Of a stretch of DNA of 64,000 nt, positions 23,901-37,600 are shown in pieces. The DNA lies in NCBI GenBank assembly GCA_964057225.1, contig OZ059897.1:17546001-17610000 (forward strand). Reading direction: 5' to 3'. How positions within the stretch are numbered: the first letter of the stretch is position 1; each line of letters begins with the position of its first letter. The notes beneath the pieces were generated by a model, which worked only from the letters and a program-made list of their open reading frames with translations, was not told the origin of the DNA and searched no databases. Position numbers and translations under genes: made by a program. The DNA comes from Auanema rhodensis. Lineage: Eukaryota; Animalia; Nematoda.

Positions 23901-26900
23901 GATGCATTAGTGTATGTTGAGTTTCCATGTACACTCAACATTGCTTCCAAAAACATTTTGACAAAAATTTTTTCGAAAAATTTCAAAATAATTTAGCAAA
24001 AAGTAGATGTTTTTAGATTCCTTTTTTCAAGGCAAAGACGATGGACAATGTTATTCAACGAAAAAATTTATTCTTCAGGGTGAAAATCGAGGATATAAGT
24101 GTGAACTTATATCAGTTGATATATCGGTGCATTTTTAAGCTAGCGCAAATCTGATAACACAGATCGACGCAGCTTAAAAATCCGCATCGAATGCACTATA
24201 CTACATTGAGAAACGCTTAATACAAAAATTAGTTATGATCGTTTGAAAAATGATGCATTAGTGTATGTTGAGTTTCCATGTACACTCAACATTGCTTCCA
24301 AAAACATTTTGACAAAAATTTTTTCGAAAAATTTCAAAATAATTTAGCAAAAAGTAGATGTTTTTAGATTCCTTTTTTCAAGGCAAAGACGATGGACAAT
24401 GTTATTCAACGAAAAAAACAATTCTTCAGGGTGAAAATCGAGGATATAAGTGTGAACTTATATCAGTTGATATATCGGTGCATTTTTAAGCTAGCGCAAA
24501 TCTGATAACACAGATCGACGCAGCTTAAAAATCCGCATCGAATGCACTATACTACATTGAGAAACGCTTGATACAAAAATTAGTTCTGATCGTTTGAAAA
24601 ATGATGCATTAGTGTATGTTGAGTTTCCATGTACACTCAACATTGCTTCCAAAAACATTTTGACAAAAATTTTTTCGAAAAATTTCAAGATAATTTAGCA
24701 AAAAGTAGATGTTTTTAGATTCCTTTTTTCAAGGCAAAGACGATGGACAATGTTATTCAACGAAAAAATTAATTCTTCAGGGTGAAAATCGAGGATATAA
24801 GTGTGAACTTATATCAGTTGATATATCGGTGCATTTTTAAGCTAGCGCAAATCTGATAACACAGATCGACGCAGCTTAAAAATCCGCATCGAATGCACTA
24901 TACTACATTGAGAAACGCTTAATACAAAAATTAGTTATAATCGTTTGAAAAATGATGCATTAGTGTATGTTGAGTTTCCATGTACACTCAACATTGCTTC
25001 CAAAAACATTTTGACAAAAATTTTTTCGAAAAATTTCAAGATAATTTAGCGAAAAGTAGATGTTTTTAGATTCCTTTTTTCAAGGCAAAGACGATGGACA
25101 ATGTTATTCAACGAAAAAATTTATTCTTCAGGGTGAAAATCGAGGATATAAGTGTGAACTTATATCAGTTGATATCTCGGTGCATTTTTAAGCTAGCGCA
25201 AATCTGATAACACAGATCGACGCAGCTTAAAAATCCGCATCGAATGCACTATACTACATTGAGAAACGCTTAGTACAAAAATTAGTTATGATCGTTTGAA
25301 AAATGATGCATTAGTGTATGTTGAGTTTCCATGTACACTCAACATTGCTTCCAAAAACATTTTGACAAAAATTTTTTCGAAAAATTTCAAGATAATTTAG
25401 CAAAAAGTAGATGTTTTTAGATTCCTTTTTTCAAGGCAAAGACAATGGACAATGTTATTCAACGAAAAAATTAATTCTTCAGGGTGAAAATCGAGGATAT
25501 AAGTGTGAACTTATATCAGTTGATATCTCGGTGCATTTTTAAGCTAGCGCAAGTCTGATAACACAGATCGACGCAGCTTAAAAATCCGCATCGAATGCAC
25601 TATACTACATTGAGAAACGCTTAATACAAAAATTAGTTATGATCGTTTGAAAAATGATGCATTAGTGTATGTTGAGTTTCCATGTACACTCAACATTGCT
25701 TCCAAAAACATTTTGACAAAACTTTTTTCGAAAAATTTCAAGATAATTTAGCAAAAAGTAGATGTTTTTAGATTCCTTTTTTCAAGGCAAAGACGATGGA
25801 CAATGTTATTCAACGAAAAAAACAATTCTTCAGGGTGAAAATCGAGGATATAAGTGTGAACTTATATCAGTTGATATATCGGTGCATTTTTAAGCTAGCG
25901 CAAATCTGATAACACAGATCGACGCAGCTTAAAAATCTGCATCGAATGCACTATACTACATTGAGAAACGCTTAATACAAAAATTAGTTATGATCGTTTG
26001 AAAAATGATTCATTAGTGTATGTTGAGTTTCCATGTACACTCAACATTGCTTCCAAAAACATTTTGACAAAACTTTTTTCGAAAAATTTCAAGATAATTT
26101 AGCAAAAAGTAGATGTTTTTAGATTCCTTTTTTCAAGGCAAAGACGATGGACAATGTTATTCAACGAAAAAATTAATTCTCCAGGGTGAAAATCGAGGAT
26201 ATAAGTGTGAACTTATATCAGTTGATATCTCGGTGCATTTTTAAGCTAGCGCAAATCTGATAACACAGATCGACGCAGCTTAAAAATCCGCATCGAATGC
26301 ACTATACTACATTGAGAAACGCTTAATACAAAAATTAGTTATAATCGTTTGAAAAATGATGCATTAGTGTATGTTGAGTTTCCATGTACACTCAACATTG
26401 CTTCCAAAAACATTTTGACAAAAATTTTTTCGAAAAATTTCAAGATAATTTAGCGAAAAGTAGATGTTTTTAGATTCCTTTTTTCAAGGCAAAGACGATG
26501 GACAATGTTATTCAACGAAAAAATTTATTCTTCAGGGTGAAAATCGAGGATATAAGTGTGAACTTATATCAGTTGATATCTCGGTGCATTTTTAAGCTAG
26601 CGCAAATCTGATAACACAGATCGACGCAGCTTAAAAATCCGCATCGAATGCACTATACTACATTGAGAAACGCTTAGTACAAAAATTAGTTATGATCGTT
26701 TGAAAAATGATGCATTAGTGTATGTTGAGTTTCCATGTACACTCAACATTGCTTCCAAAAACATTTTGACAAAAATTTTTTCGAAAAATTTCAAGATAAT
26801 TTAGCAAAAAGTAGATGTTTTTAGATTCCTTTTTTCAAGGCAAAGACAATGGACAATGTTATTCAACGAAAAAATTAATTCTTCAGGGTGAAAATCGAGG

Positions 26901-27000
26901 ATATAAGTGTGAACTTATATCAGTTGATATCTCGGTGCATTTTTAAGCTAGCGCAAGTCTGATAACACAGATCGACGCAGCTTAAAAATCCGCATCGAAT
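21000..27000 (+). repeat. Block copied at 11-monomer then 4-monomer spacing; boundaries approximate
   Basis: G180A at 21583/25444/26848 and A9G at 21412/25273/26677 (spacings 3861 and 1404). Confidence 0.8.
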
Positions 27001-28699
27001 GCACTATACTACATTGAGAAACGCTTAATACAAAAATTAGTTATGATCGTTTGAAAAATGATGCATTAGTGTATGTTGAGTTTCCATGTACACTCAACAT
27101 TGCTTCCAAAAACATTTTGACAAAAATTTTTTCGAAAAATTTCAAGATAATTTAGCAAAAAGTAGATGTTTTTAGATTCCTTTTTTCAAGGCAAAGACGA
27201 TGGACAATGTTATTCAACGAAAAAATTAATTCTTCAGGGTGAAAATCGAGGATATAAGTGTGAACTTATATCAGTTGATATCTCGGTGCATTTTTAAGCT
27301 AGCGCAAGTCTGATAACACAGATCGACGCAGCTTAAAAATCCGCATCGAATGCACTATACTACATTGAGAAACGCTTAATACAAAAATTAGTTATGATCG
27401 TTTGAAAAATGATGCATTAGTGTATGTTGAGTTTCCATGTACACTCAACATTGCTTCCAAAAACATTTTGACAAAACTTTTTTCGAAAAATTTCAAGATA
27501 ATTTAGCAAAAAGTAGATGTTTTTAGATTCCTTTTTTCAAGGCAAAGACGATGGACAATGTTATTCAACGAAAAAATTAATTCTTCAGGGTGAAAATCGA
27601 GGATATAAGTGTGAACTTATATCAGTTGATATCTCGGTGCATTTTTAAGCTAGCGCAAGTCTGATAACACAGATCGACGCAGCTTAAAAATCCGCATCGA
27701 ATGCACTATACTACATTGAGAAACGCTTGATACAAAAATTAGTTATGATCGTTTGAAAAATGATGCATTAGTGTATGTTGAGTTTCCATGTACACTCAAC
27801 ATTGCTTCCAAAAACATTTTGACAAAACTTTTTTCGAAAAATTTCAAGATAATTTAGCGAAAAGTAGATGTTTTTAGATTCCTTTTTTCAAGGCAAAGAC
27901 GATGGACAATGTTATTCAACGAAAAAAACAATTCTTCAGGGTGAAAATCGAGGATATAAGTGTGAACTTATATCAGTTGATATATCGGTGCATTTTTAAG
28001 CTAGCGCAAATCTGATAACACAGATCGACGCAGCTTAAAAATCTGCATCGAATGCACTATACTACATTGAGAAACGCTTAATACAAAAATTAGTTATGAT
28101 CGTTTGAAAAATGATTCATTAGTGTATGTTGAGTTTCCATGTACACTCAACATTGCTTCCAAAAACATTTTGACAAAACTTTTTTCGAAAAATTTCAAGA
28201 TAATTTAGCAAAAAGTAGATGTTTTTAGATTCCTTTTTTCAAGGCAAAGACGATGGACAATGTTATTCAACGAAAAAATTAATTCTCCAGGGTGAAAATC
28301 GAGGATATAAGTGTGAACTTATATCAGTTGATATCTCGGTGCATTTTTAAGCTAGCGCAAATCTGATAACACAGATCGACGCAGCTTAAAAATCCGCATC
28401 GAATGCACTATACTACATTGAGAAACGCTTAATACAAAAATTAGTTATGATCGTTTGAAAAATGATGCATTAGTGTATGTTGAGTTTCCATGTACACTCA
28501 ACATTGCTTCCAAAAACATTTTGACAAAAATTTTTTCGAAAAATTTCAAGATAATTTAGCAAAAAGTAGATGTTTTTAGATTCCTTTTTTCAAGGCAAAG
28601 ACGATGGACAATGTTATTCAACGAAAAAATTAATTCTTCAGGGTGAAAATCGAGGATATAAGTGTGAACTTATATCAGTTGATATCTCGGTGCATTTTT

Positions 28700-31600
28700 A
28701 AGCTAGCGCAAATCTGATAACACAGATCGACGCAGCTTAAAAATCCGCATCGAATGCACTATACTACATTGAGAAACGCTTAATACAAAAATTAGTTATG
28801 ATCGTTTGAAAAATGATGCATTAGTGTATGTTGAGTTTCCATGTACACTCAACATTGCTTCCAAAAACATTTTGACAAAAATTTTTTCGAAAAATTTCAA
28901 GATAATTTAGCAAAAAGTAGATGTTTTTAGATTCCTTTTTTCAAGGCAAAGACGATGGACAATGTTATTCAACGAAAAAATTAATTCTTCAGGGTGAAAA
29001 TCGAGGATATAAGTGTGAACTTATATCAGTTGATATCTCGGTGCATTTTTAAGCTAGCGCAAATCTGATAACACAGATCGACGCAGCTTAAAAATCCGCA
29101 TCGAATGCACTATACTACATTGAGAAACGCTTAATACAAAAATTAGTTATGATCGTTTGAAAAATGATGCATTAGTGTATGTTGAGTTTCCATGTACACT
29201 CAACATTGCTTCCAAAAACATTTTGACAAAAATTTTTTCGAAAAATTTCAAGATAATTTAGCAAAAAGTAGATGTTTTTAGATTCCTTTTTTCAAGGCAA
29301 AGACGATGGACAATGTTATTCAACGAAAAAATTAATTCTTCAGGGTGAAAATCGAGGATATAAGTGTGAACTTATATCAGTTGATATCTCGGTGCATTTT
29401 TAAGCTAGCGCAAATCTGATAACACAGATCGACGCAGCTTAAAAATCCGCATCGAATGCACTATACTACATTGAGAAACGCTTAATACAAAAATTAGTTA
29501 TAATCGTTTGAAAAATGATGCATTAGTGTATGTTGAGTTTCCATGTACACTCAACATTGCTTCCAAAAACATTTTGACAAAAATTTTTTCGAAAAATTTC
29601 AAGATAATTTAGCGAAAAGTAGATGTTTTTAGATTCCTTTTTTCAAGGCAAAGACGATGGACAATGTTATTCAACGAAAAAAGTAATTCTTCAGGGTGAA
29701 AATCGAGGATATAAGTGTGAACTTATATCAGTTGATATCTCGGTGCATTTTTAAGCTAGCGCAAATCTGATAAAACAGATCGACGCAGCTTAAAAATCCG
29801 CATCGAATGCACTATACTACATTGAGAAACGCTTAATACAAAAATTAGTTATGATCGTTTGAAAAATGATGCATTAGTGTATGTTGAGTTTCCATGTACA
29901 CTCAACATTGCTTCCAAAAACATTTTGACAAAAATTTTTTCGAAAAATTTCAAAATAATTTAGCAAAAAGTAGATGTTTTTAGATTCCTTTTTTCAAGGC
30001 AAAGACGATGGACAATGTTATTCAACGAAAAAATTTATTCTTCAGGGTGAAAATCGAGGATATAAGTGTGAACTTATATCAGTTGATATCTCGGTGCATT
30101 TTTAAGCTAGCGCAAATCTGATAACACAGATCGACGCAGCTTAAAAATCCGCATCGAATGCACTATACTACATTGAGAAACGCTTAATACAAAAATTAGT
30201 TATGATCGTTTGAAAAATGATGCATTAGTGTATGTTGAGTTTCCATGTACACTCAACATTGCTTCCAAAAACATTTTGACAAAAATTTTTTCGAAAAATT
30301 TCAAGATAATTTAGCAAAAAGTAGATGTTTTTAGATTCCTTTTTTCAAGGCAAAGACGATGGACAATGTTATTCAACGAAAAAATTAATTCTTCAGGGTG
30401 AAAATCGAGGATATAAGTGTGAACTTATATCAGTTGATATCTCGGTGCATTTTTAAGCTAGCGCAAGTCTGATAACACAGATCGACGCAGCTTAAAAATC
30501 CGCATCGAATGCACTATACTACATTGAGAAACGCTTAATACAAAAATTAGTTATGATCGTTTGAAAAATGATGCATTAGTGTATGTTGAGTTTCCATGTA
30601 CACTCAACATTGCTTCCAAAAACATTTTGACAAAAATTTTTTCGAAAAATTTCAAGATAATTTAGCAAAAAGTAGATGTTTTTAGATTCCTTTTTTCAAG
30701 GCAAAGACGATGGACAATGTTATTCAACGAAAAAATTAATTCTTCAGGGTGAAAATCGAGGATATAAGTGTGAACTTATATCAGTTGATATCTCGGTGCA
30801 TTTTTAAGCTAGCGCAAGTCTGATAACACAGATCGACGCAGCTTAAAAATCCGCATCGAATGCACTATACTACATTGAGAAACGCTTAATACAAAAATTA
30901 GTTATGATCGTTTGAAAAATGATTCATTAGTGTATGTTGAGTTTCCATGTACACTCAACATTGCTTCCAAAAACATTTTGACAAAACTTTTTTCGAAAAA
31001 TTTCAAGATAATTTAGCAAAAAGTAGATGTTTTTAGATTCCTTTTTTCAAGGCAAAGACGATGGACAATGTTATTCAACGAAAAAATTAATTCTTCAGGG
31101 TGAAAATCGAGGATATAAGTGTGAACTTATATCAGTTGATATCTCGGTGCATTTTTAAGCTAGCGCAAGTCTGATAACACAGATCGACGCAGCTTAAAAA
31201 TCCGCATCGAATGCACTATACTACATTGAGAAACGCTTGATACAAAAATTAGTTATGATCGTTTGAAAAATGATGCATTAGTGTATGTTGAGTTTCCATG
31301 TACACTCAACATTGCTTCCAAAAACATTTTGACAAAAATTTTTTCGAAAAATTTCAAAATAATTTAGCAAAAAGTAGATGTTTTTAGATTCCTTTTTTCA
31401 AGGCAAAGACGATGGACAATGTTATTCAACGAAAAAATTTATTCTTCAGGGTGAACATCGAGGATATAAGTGTGAACTTATATCAGTTGATATCTCGGTG
31501 CATTTTTAAGCTAGCGCAAATCTGATAACACAGATCGACGCAGCTTAAAAATCCGCATCGAATGCACTATACTACATTGAGAAACGCTTAATACAAAAAT

Positions 31601-34600
31601 TAGTTATGATCGTTTGAAAAATGATGCATTAGTGTATGTTGAGTTTCCATGTACACTCAACATTGCTTCCAAAAACATTTTGACAAAAATTTTTTCGAAA
31701 AATTTCAAAATATTTTAGCAAAAAGTAGATGTTTTTAGATTCCTTTTTTCACGGCAAAGACGATGGACAATGTTATTCAACGAAAAAAACAATTCTTCAG
31801 GGTGAAAATCGAGGATATAAGTGTGAACTTATATCAGTTGATATATCGGTGCATTTTTAAGCTAGCGCAAATCTGATAACACAGATCGACGCAGCTTAAA
31901 AATCCGCATCGAATGCACTATACTACATTGAGAAACGCTTAATACAAAAATTAGTTATGATCGTTTGAAAAATGATGCATTAGTGTATGTTGAGTTTCCA
32001 TGTACACTCAACATTGCTTCCAAAAACATTTTGACAAAAATTTTTTCGAAAAATTTCAAGATAATTTAGCAAAAAGTAGATGTTTTTAGATTCCTTTTTT
32101 CAAGGCAAAGACGATGGACAATGTTATTCAACGAAAAAATTAATTCTTCAGGGTGAAAATCGAGGATATAAGTGTGAACTTATATCAATTGATATCTCGG
32201 TGCATTTTTAAGCTAGCGCAAGTCTGATAACACAGATCGACGCAGCTTAAAAATCCGCATCGAATGCACTATACTACATTGAGAAACGCTTAATACAAAA
32301 ATTAGTTATGATCGTTTGAAAAATGATGCATTAGTGTATGTTGAGTTTCCATGTACACTCAACATTGCTTCCAAAAACATTTTGACAAAAATTTTTTCGA
32401 AAAATTTCAAGATAATTTAGCGAAAAGTAGATGTTTTTAGATTCCTTTTTTCAAGGCAAAGACGATGGACAATGTTATTCAACGAAAAAATTAATTCTTC
32501 AGGGTGAAAATCGAGGATATAAGTGTGAACTTATATCAGTTGATATCTCGGTGCATTTTTAAGCTAGCGCAAGTCTGATAACACAGATCGACGCAGCTTA
32601 AAAATCCGCATCGAATGCACTATACTACATTGAGAAACGCTTGATACAAAAATTAGTTATGATCGTTTGAAAAATGATGCATTAGTGTATGTTGAGTTTC
32701 CATGTACACTCAACATTGCTTCCAAAAACATTTTGACAAAAATTTTTTCGAAAAATTTCAAGATAATTTAGCAAAAAGTAGATGTTTTTAGATTCCTTTT
32801 TTCAAGGCAAAGACGATGGACAATGTTATTCAACGAAAAAATTAATTCTCCAGGGTGAAAATCGAGGATATAAGTGTGAACTTATATCAGTTGATATCTC
32901 GGTGCATTTTTAAGCTAGCGCAAATCTGATAACACAGATCGACGCAGCTTAAAAATCCGCATCGAATGCGCTATACTACATTGAGAAACGCTTAATACAA
33001 AAATTAGTTATGATCGTTTGAAAAATGATGCATTAGTGTATGTTGAGTTTCCATGTACACTCAACATTGCTTCCAAAAACATTTTGACAAAAATTTTTTC
33101 GAAAAATTTCAAAATAATTTAGCGAAAAGTAGATGTTTTTAGATTCCTTTTTTCAAGGCAAAGACGATGGACAATGTTATTCAACGAAAAAATTTATTCT
33201 TCAGGGTGAAAATCGAGGATATAAGTGTGAACTTATATCAGTTGATATATCGGTGCATTTTTAAGCTAGCGCAAATCTGATAACACAGATCGACGCAGCT
33301 TAAAAATCTGCATCGAATGCACTATACTACATTGAGAAACGCTTAATACAAAAATTAGTTATGATCGTTTGAAAAATGATTCATTAGTGTATGTTGAGTT
33401 TCCATGTACACTCAACATTGCTTCCAAAAACATTTTGACAAAACTTTTTTCGAAAAATTTCAAGATAATTTAGCAAAAAGTAGATGTTTTTAGATTCCTT
33501 TTTTCAAGGCAAAGACGATGGACAATGTTATTCAACGAAAAAATTAATTCTCCAGGGTGAAAATCGAGGATATAAGTGTGAACTTATATCAGTTGATATC
33601 TCGGTGCATTTTTAAGCTAGCGCAAATCTGATAACACAGATCGACGCAGCTTAAAAATCCGCATCGAATGCACTATACTACATTGAGAAACGCTTAATAC
33701 AAAAATTAGTTATGATCGTTTGAAAAATGATGCATTAGTGTATGTTGAGTTTCCATGTACACTCAACATTGCTTCCAAAAACATTTTGACAAAAATTTTT
33801 TCGAAAAATTTCAAAATAATTTAGCGAAAAGTAGATGTTTTTAGATTCCTTTTTTCAAGGCAAAGACGATGGACAATGTTATTCAACGAAAAAATTTATT
33901 CTTCAGGGTGAAAATCGAGGATATAAGTGTGAACTTATATCAGTTGATATCTCGGTGCATTTTTAAGCTAGCGCAAATCTGATAACACAGATCGACGCAG
34001 CTTAAAAATCCGCATCGAATGCACTATACTACATTGAGAAACGCTTGATACAAAAATTAGTTCTGATCGTTTGAAAAATGATGCATTAGTGTATGTTGAG
34101 TTTCCATGTACACTCAACATTGCTTCCAAAAACATTTTGACAAAAATTTTTTCGAAAAATTTCAAGATAATTTAGCAAAAAGTAGATGTTTTTAGATTCC
34201 TTTTTTCAAGGCAAAGACGATGGACAATGTTATTCAACGAAAAAATTAATTCTTCAGGGTGAAAATCGAGGATATAAGTGTGAACTTATATCAGTTGATA
34301 TCTCGGTGCATTTTTAAGCTAGCGCAAATCTGATAACACAGATCGACGCAGCTTAAAAATCCGCATCGAATGCACTATACTACATTGAGAAACGCTTAAT
34401 ACAAAAATTAGTTATGATCGTTTGAAAAATGATGCATTAGTGTATGTTGAGTTTCCATGTACACTCAACATTGCTTCCAAAAACATTTTGACAAAAATTT
34501 TTTCGAAAAATTTCAAAATAATTTAGCAAAAAGTAGATGTTTTTAGATTCCTTTTTTCAAGGCAAAGACGATGGACAATGTTATTCAACGAAAAAATTTA

Positions 34601-37600
34601 TTCTTCAGGGTGAAAATTGAGGATATAAGTGTGAACTTATATCAGTTGATATATTGGTGCATTTTTAAGCTAGCGCAAATCTGATAACACAGATCGACGC
34701 AGCTTAAAAATCCGCATCGAATGCACTATACTACATTGAGAAACGCCTAATACAAAAATTAGTTATGATCGTTTGAAAAATGATGCATTAGTGTATGTTG
34801 AGTTTCCATGTACACTCAACATTGCTTCCATAAACATTTTGACAAAAATTTTTTCGAAAAATTTCAAAATAATTTAGCAAAAAGTAGATGTTTTTAGATT
34901 CCTTTTTTCAAGGCAAAGACGATGGACAATGTTATTCAACGAAAAAATTTATTCTTCAGGGTGAAAATCGAGGATATAAGTGTGAACTTATATCAGTTGA
35001 TATATCGGTGCATTTTTAAGCTAGCGCAAATCTGATAACACAGATCGACGCAGCTTAAAAATCCGCATCGAATGCACTATACTACATTGAGAAACGCTTA
35101 ATACAAAAATTAGTTATGATCGTTTGAAAAATGATGCATTAGTGTATGTTGAGTTTCCATGTACACTCAACATTGCTTCCAAAAACATTTTGACAAAAAT
35201 TTTTTCGAAAAATTTCAAAATAATTTAGCGAAAAGTAGATGTTTTTAGATTCCTTTTTTCAAGGCAAAGACGATGGACAATGTTATTCAACGAAAAAATT
35301 TATTCTTCAGGGTGAAAATCGAGGATATAAGTGTGAACTTATATCAGTTGATATATCGGTGCATTTTTAAGCTAGCGCAAATCTGATAACACAGATCGAC
35401 GCAGCTTAAAAATCCGCATCGAATGCACTATACTACATTGAGAAACGCTTAATACAAAAATTAGTTATGATCGTTTGAAAAATGATGCATTAGTGTATGT
35501 TGAGTTTCCATGTACACTCAACATTGCTTCCAAAAACATTTTGACAAAAATTTTTTCGAAAAATTTCAAAATAATTTAGCGAAAAGTAGATGTTTTTAGA
35601 TTCCTTTTTTCAAGGCAAAGACGATGGACAATGTTATTCAACGAAAAAATTTATTCTTCAGGGTGAAAATCGAGGATATAAGTGTGAACTTATATCAGTT
35701 GATATCTCGGTGCATTTTTAAGCTAGCGCAAATCTGATAACACAGATCGACGCAGCTTAAAAATCCGCATCGAATGCACTATACTACATTGAGAAACGCT
35801 TGATACAAAAATTAGTTCTGATCGTTTGAAAAATGATGCATTAGTGTATGTTGAGTTTCCATGTACACTCAACATTGCTTCCAAAAACATTTTGACAAAA
35901 ATTTTTTCGAAAAATTTCAAGATAATTTAGCAAAAAGTAGATGTTTTTAGATTCCTTTTTTCAAGGCAAAGACGATGGACAATGTTATTCAACGAAAAAA
36001 TTAATTCTTCAGGGTGAAAATCGAGGATATAAGTGTGAACTTATATCAGTTGATATCTCGGTGCATTTTTAAGCTAGCGCAAATCTGATAACACAGATCG
36101 ACGCAGCTTAAAAATCCGCATCGAATGCACTATACTACATTGAGAAACGCTTAATACAAAAATTAGTTATGATCGTTTGAAAAATGATGCATTAGTGTAT
36201 GTTGAGTTTCCATGTACACTCAACATTGCTTCCAAAAACATTTTGACAAAAATTTTTTCGAAAAATTTCAAAATAATTTAGCAAAAAGTAGATGTTTTTA
36301 GATTCCTTTTTTCAAGGCAAAGACGATGGACAATGTTATTCAACGAAAAAATTTATTCTTCAGGGTGAAAATTGAGGATATAAGTGTGAACTTATATCAG
36401 TTGATATATTGGTGCATTTTTAAGCTAGCGCAAATCTGATAACACAGATCGACGCAGCTTAAAAATCCGCATCGAATGCACTATACTACATTGAGAAACG
36501 CCTAATACAAAAATTAGTTATGATCGTTTGAAAAATGATGCATTAGTGTATGTTGAGTTTCCATGTACACTCAACATTGCTTCCATAAACATTTTGACAA
36601 AAATTTTTTCGAAAAATTTCAAAATAATTTAGCAAAAAGTAGATGTTTTTAGATTCCTTTTTTCAAGGCAAAGACGATGGACAATGTTATTCAACGAAAA
36701 AATTTATTCTTCAGGGTGAAAATCGAGGATATAAGTGTGAACTTATATCAGTTGATATATCGGTGCATTTTTAAGCTAGCGCAAATCTGATAACACAGAT
36801 CGACGCAGCTTAAAAATCCGCATCGAATGCACTATACTACATTGAGAAACGCTTAATACAAAAATTAGTTATGATCGTTTGAAAAATGATGCATTAGTGT
36901 ATGTTGAGTTTCCATGTACACTCAACATTGCTTCCAAAAACATTTTGACAAAAATTTTTTCGAAAAATTTCAAGATAATTTAGCAAAAAGTAGATGTTTT
37001 TAGATTCCTTTTTTCAAGGCAAAGACGATGGACAATGTTATTCAATGAAAAAATTAATTCTTCAGGGTGAAAATCGAGGATATAAGTGTGAACTTATATC
37101 AGTTGATATCTCGGTGCATTTTTAAGCTAGCGCAAATCTGATAACACAGATCGACGCAGCTTAAAAATCCGCATCGAATGCACTATACTACATTGAGAAA
37201 CGCTTAATACAAAAATTAGTTATGATCGTTTGAAAAATGATGCATTAGTGTATGTTGAGTTTCCATGTACACTCAACATTGCTTCCAAAAACATTTTGAC
37301 AAAAATTTTTTCGAAAAATTTCAAAATAATTTAGCAAAAAGTAGATGTTTTTAGATTCCTTTTTTCAAGGCAAAGACGATGGACAATGTTATTCAACGAA
37401 AAAAACAATTCTTCAGGGTGAAAATCGAGGATATAAGTGTGAACTTATATCAGTTGATATATCGGTGCATTTTTAAGTTAGCGCAAATCTGATAACACAG
37501 ATCGACGCAGCTTAAAAATCCGCATCGAATGCACTATACTACATTGAGAAACGCTTAATACAAAAATTAGTTATGATCGTTTGAAAAATGATGCATTAGT

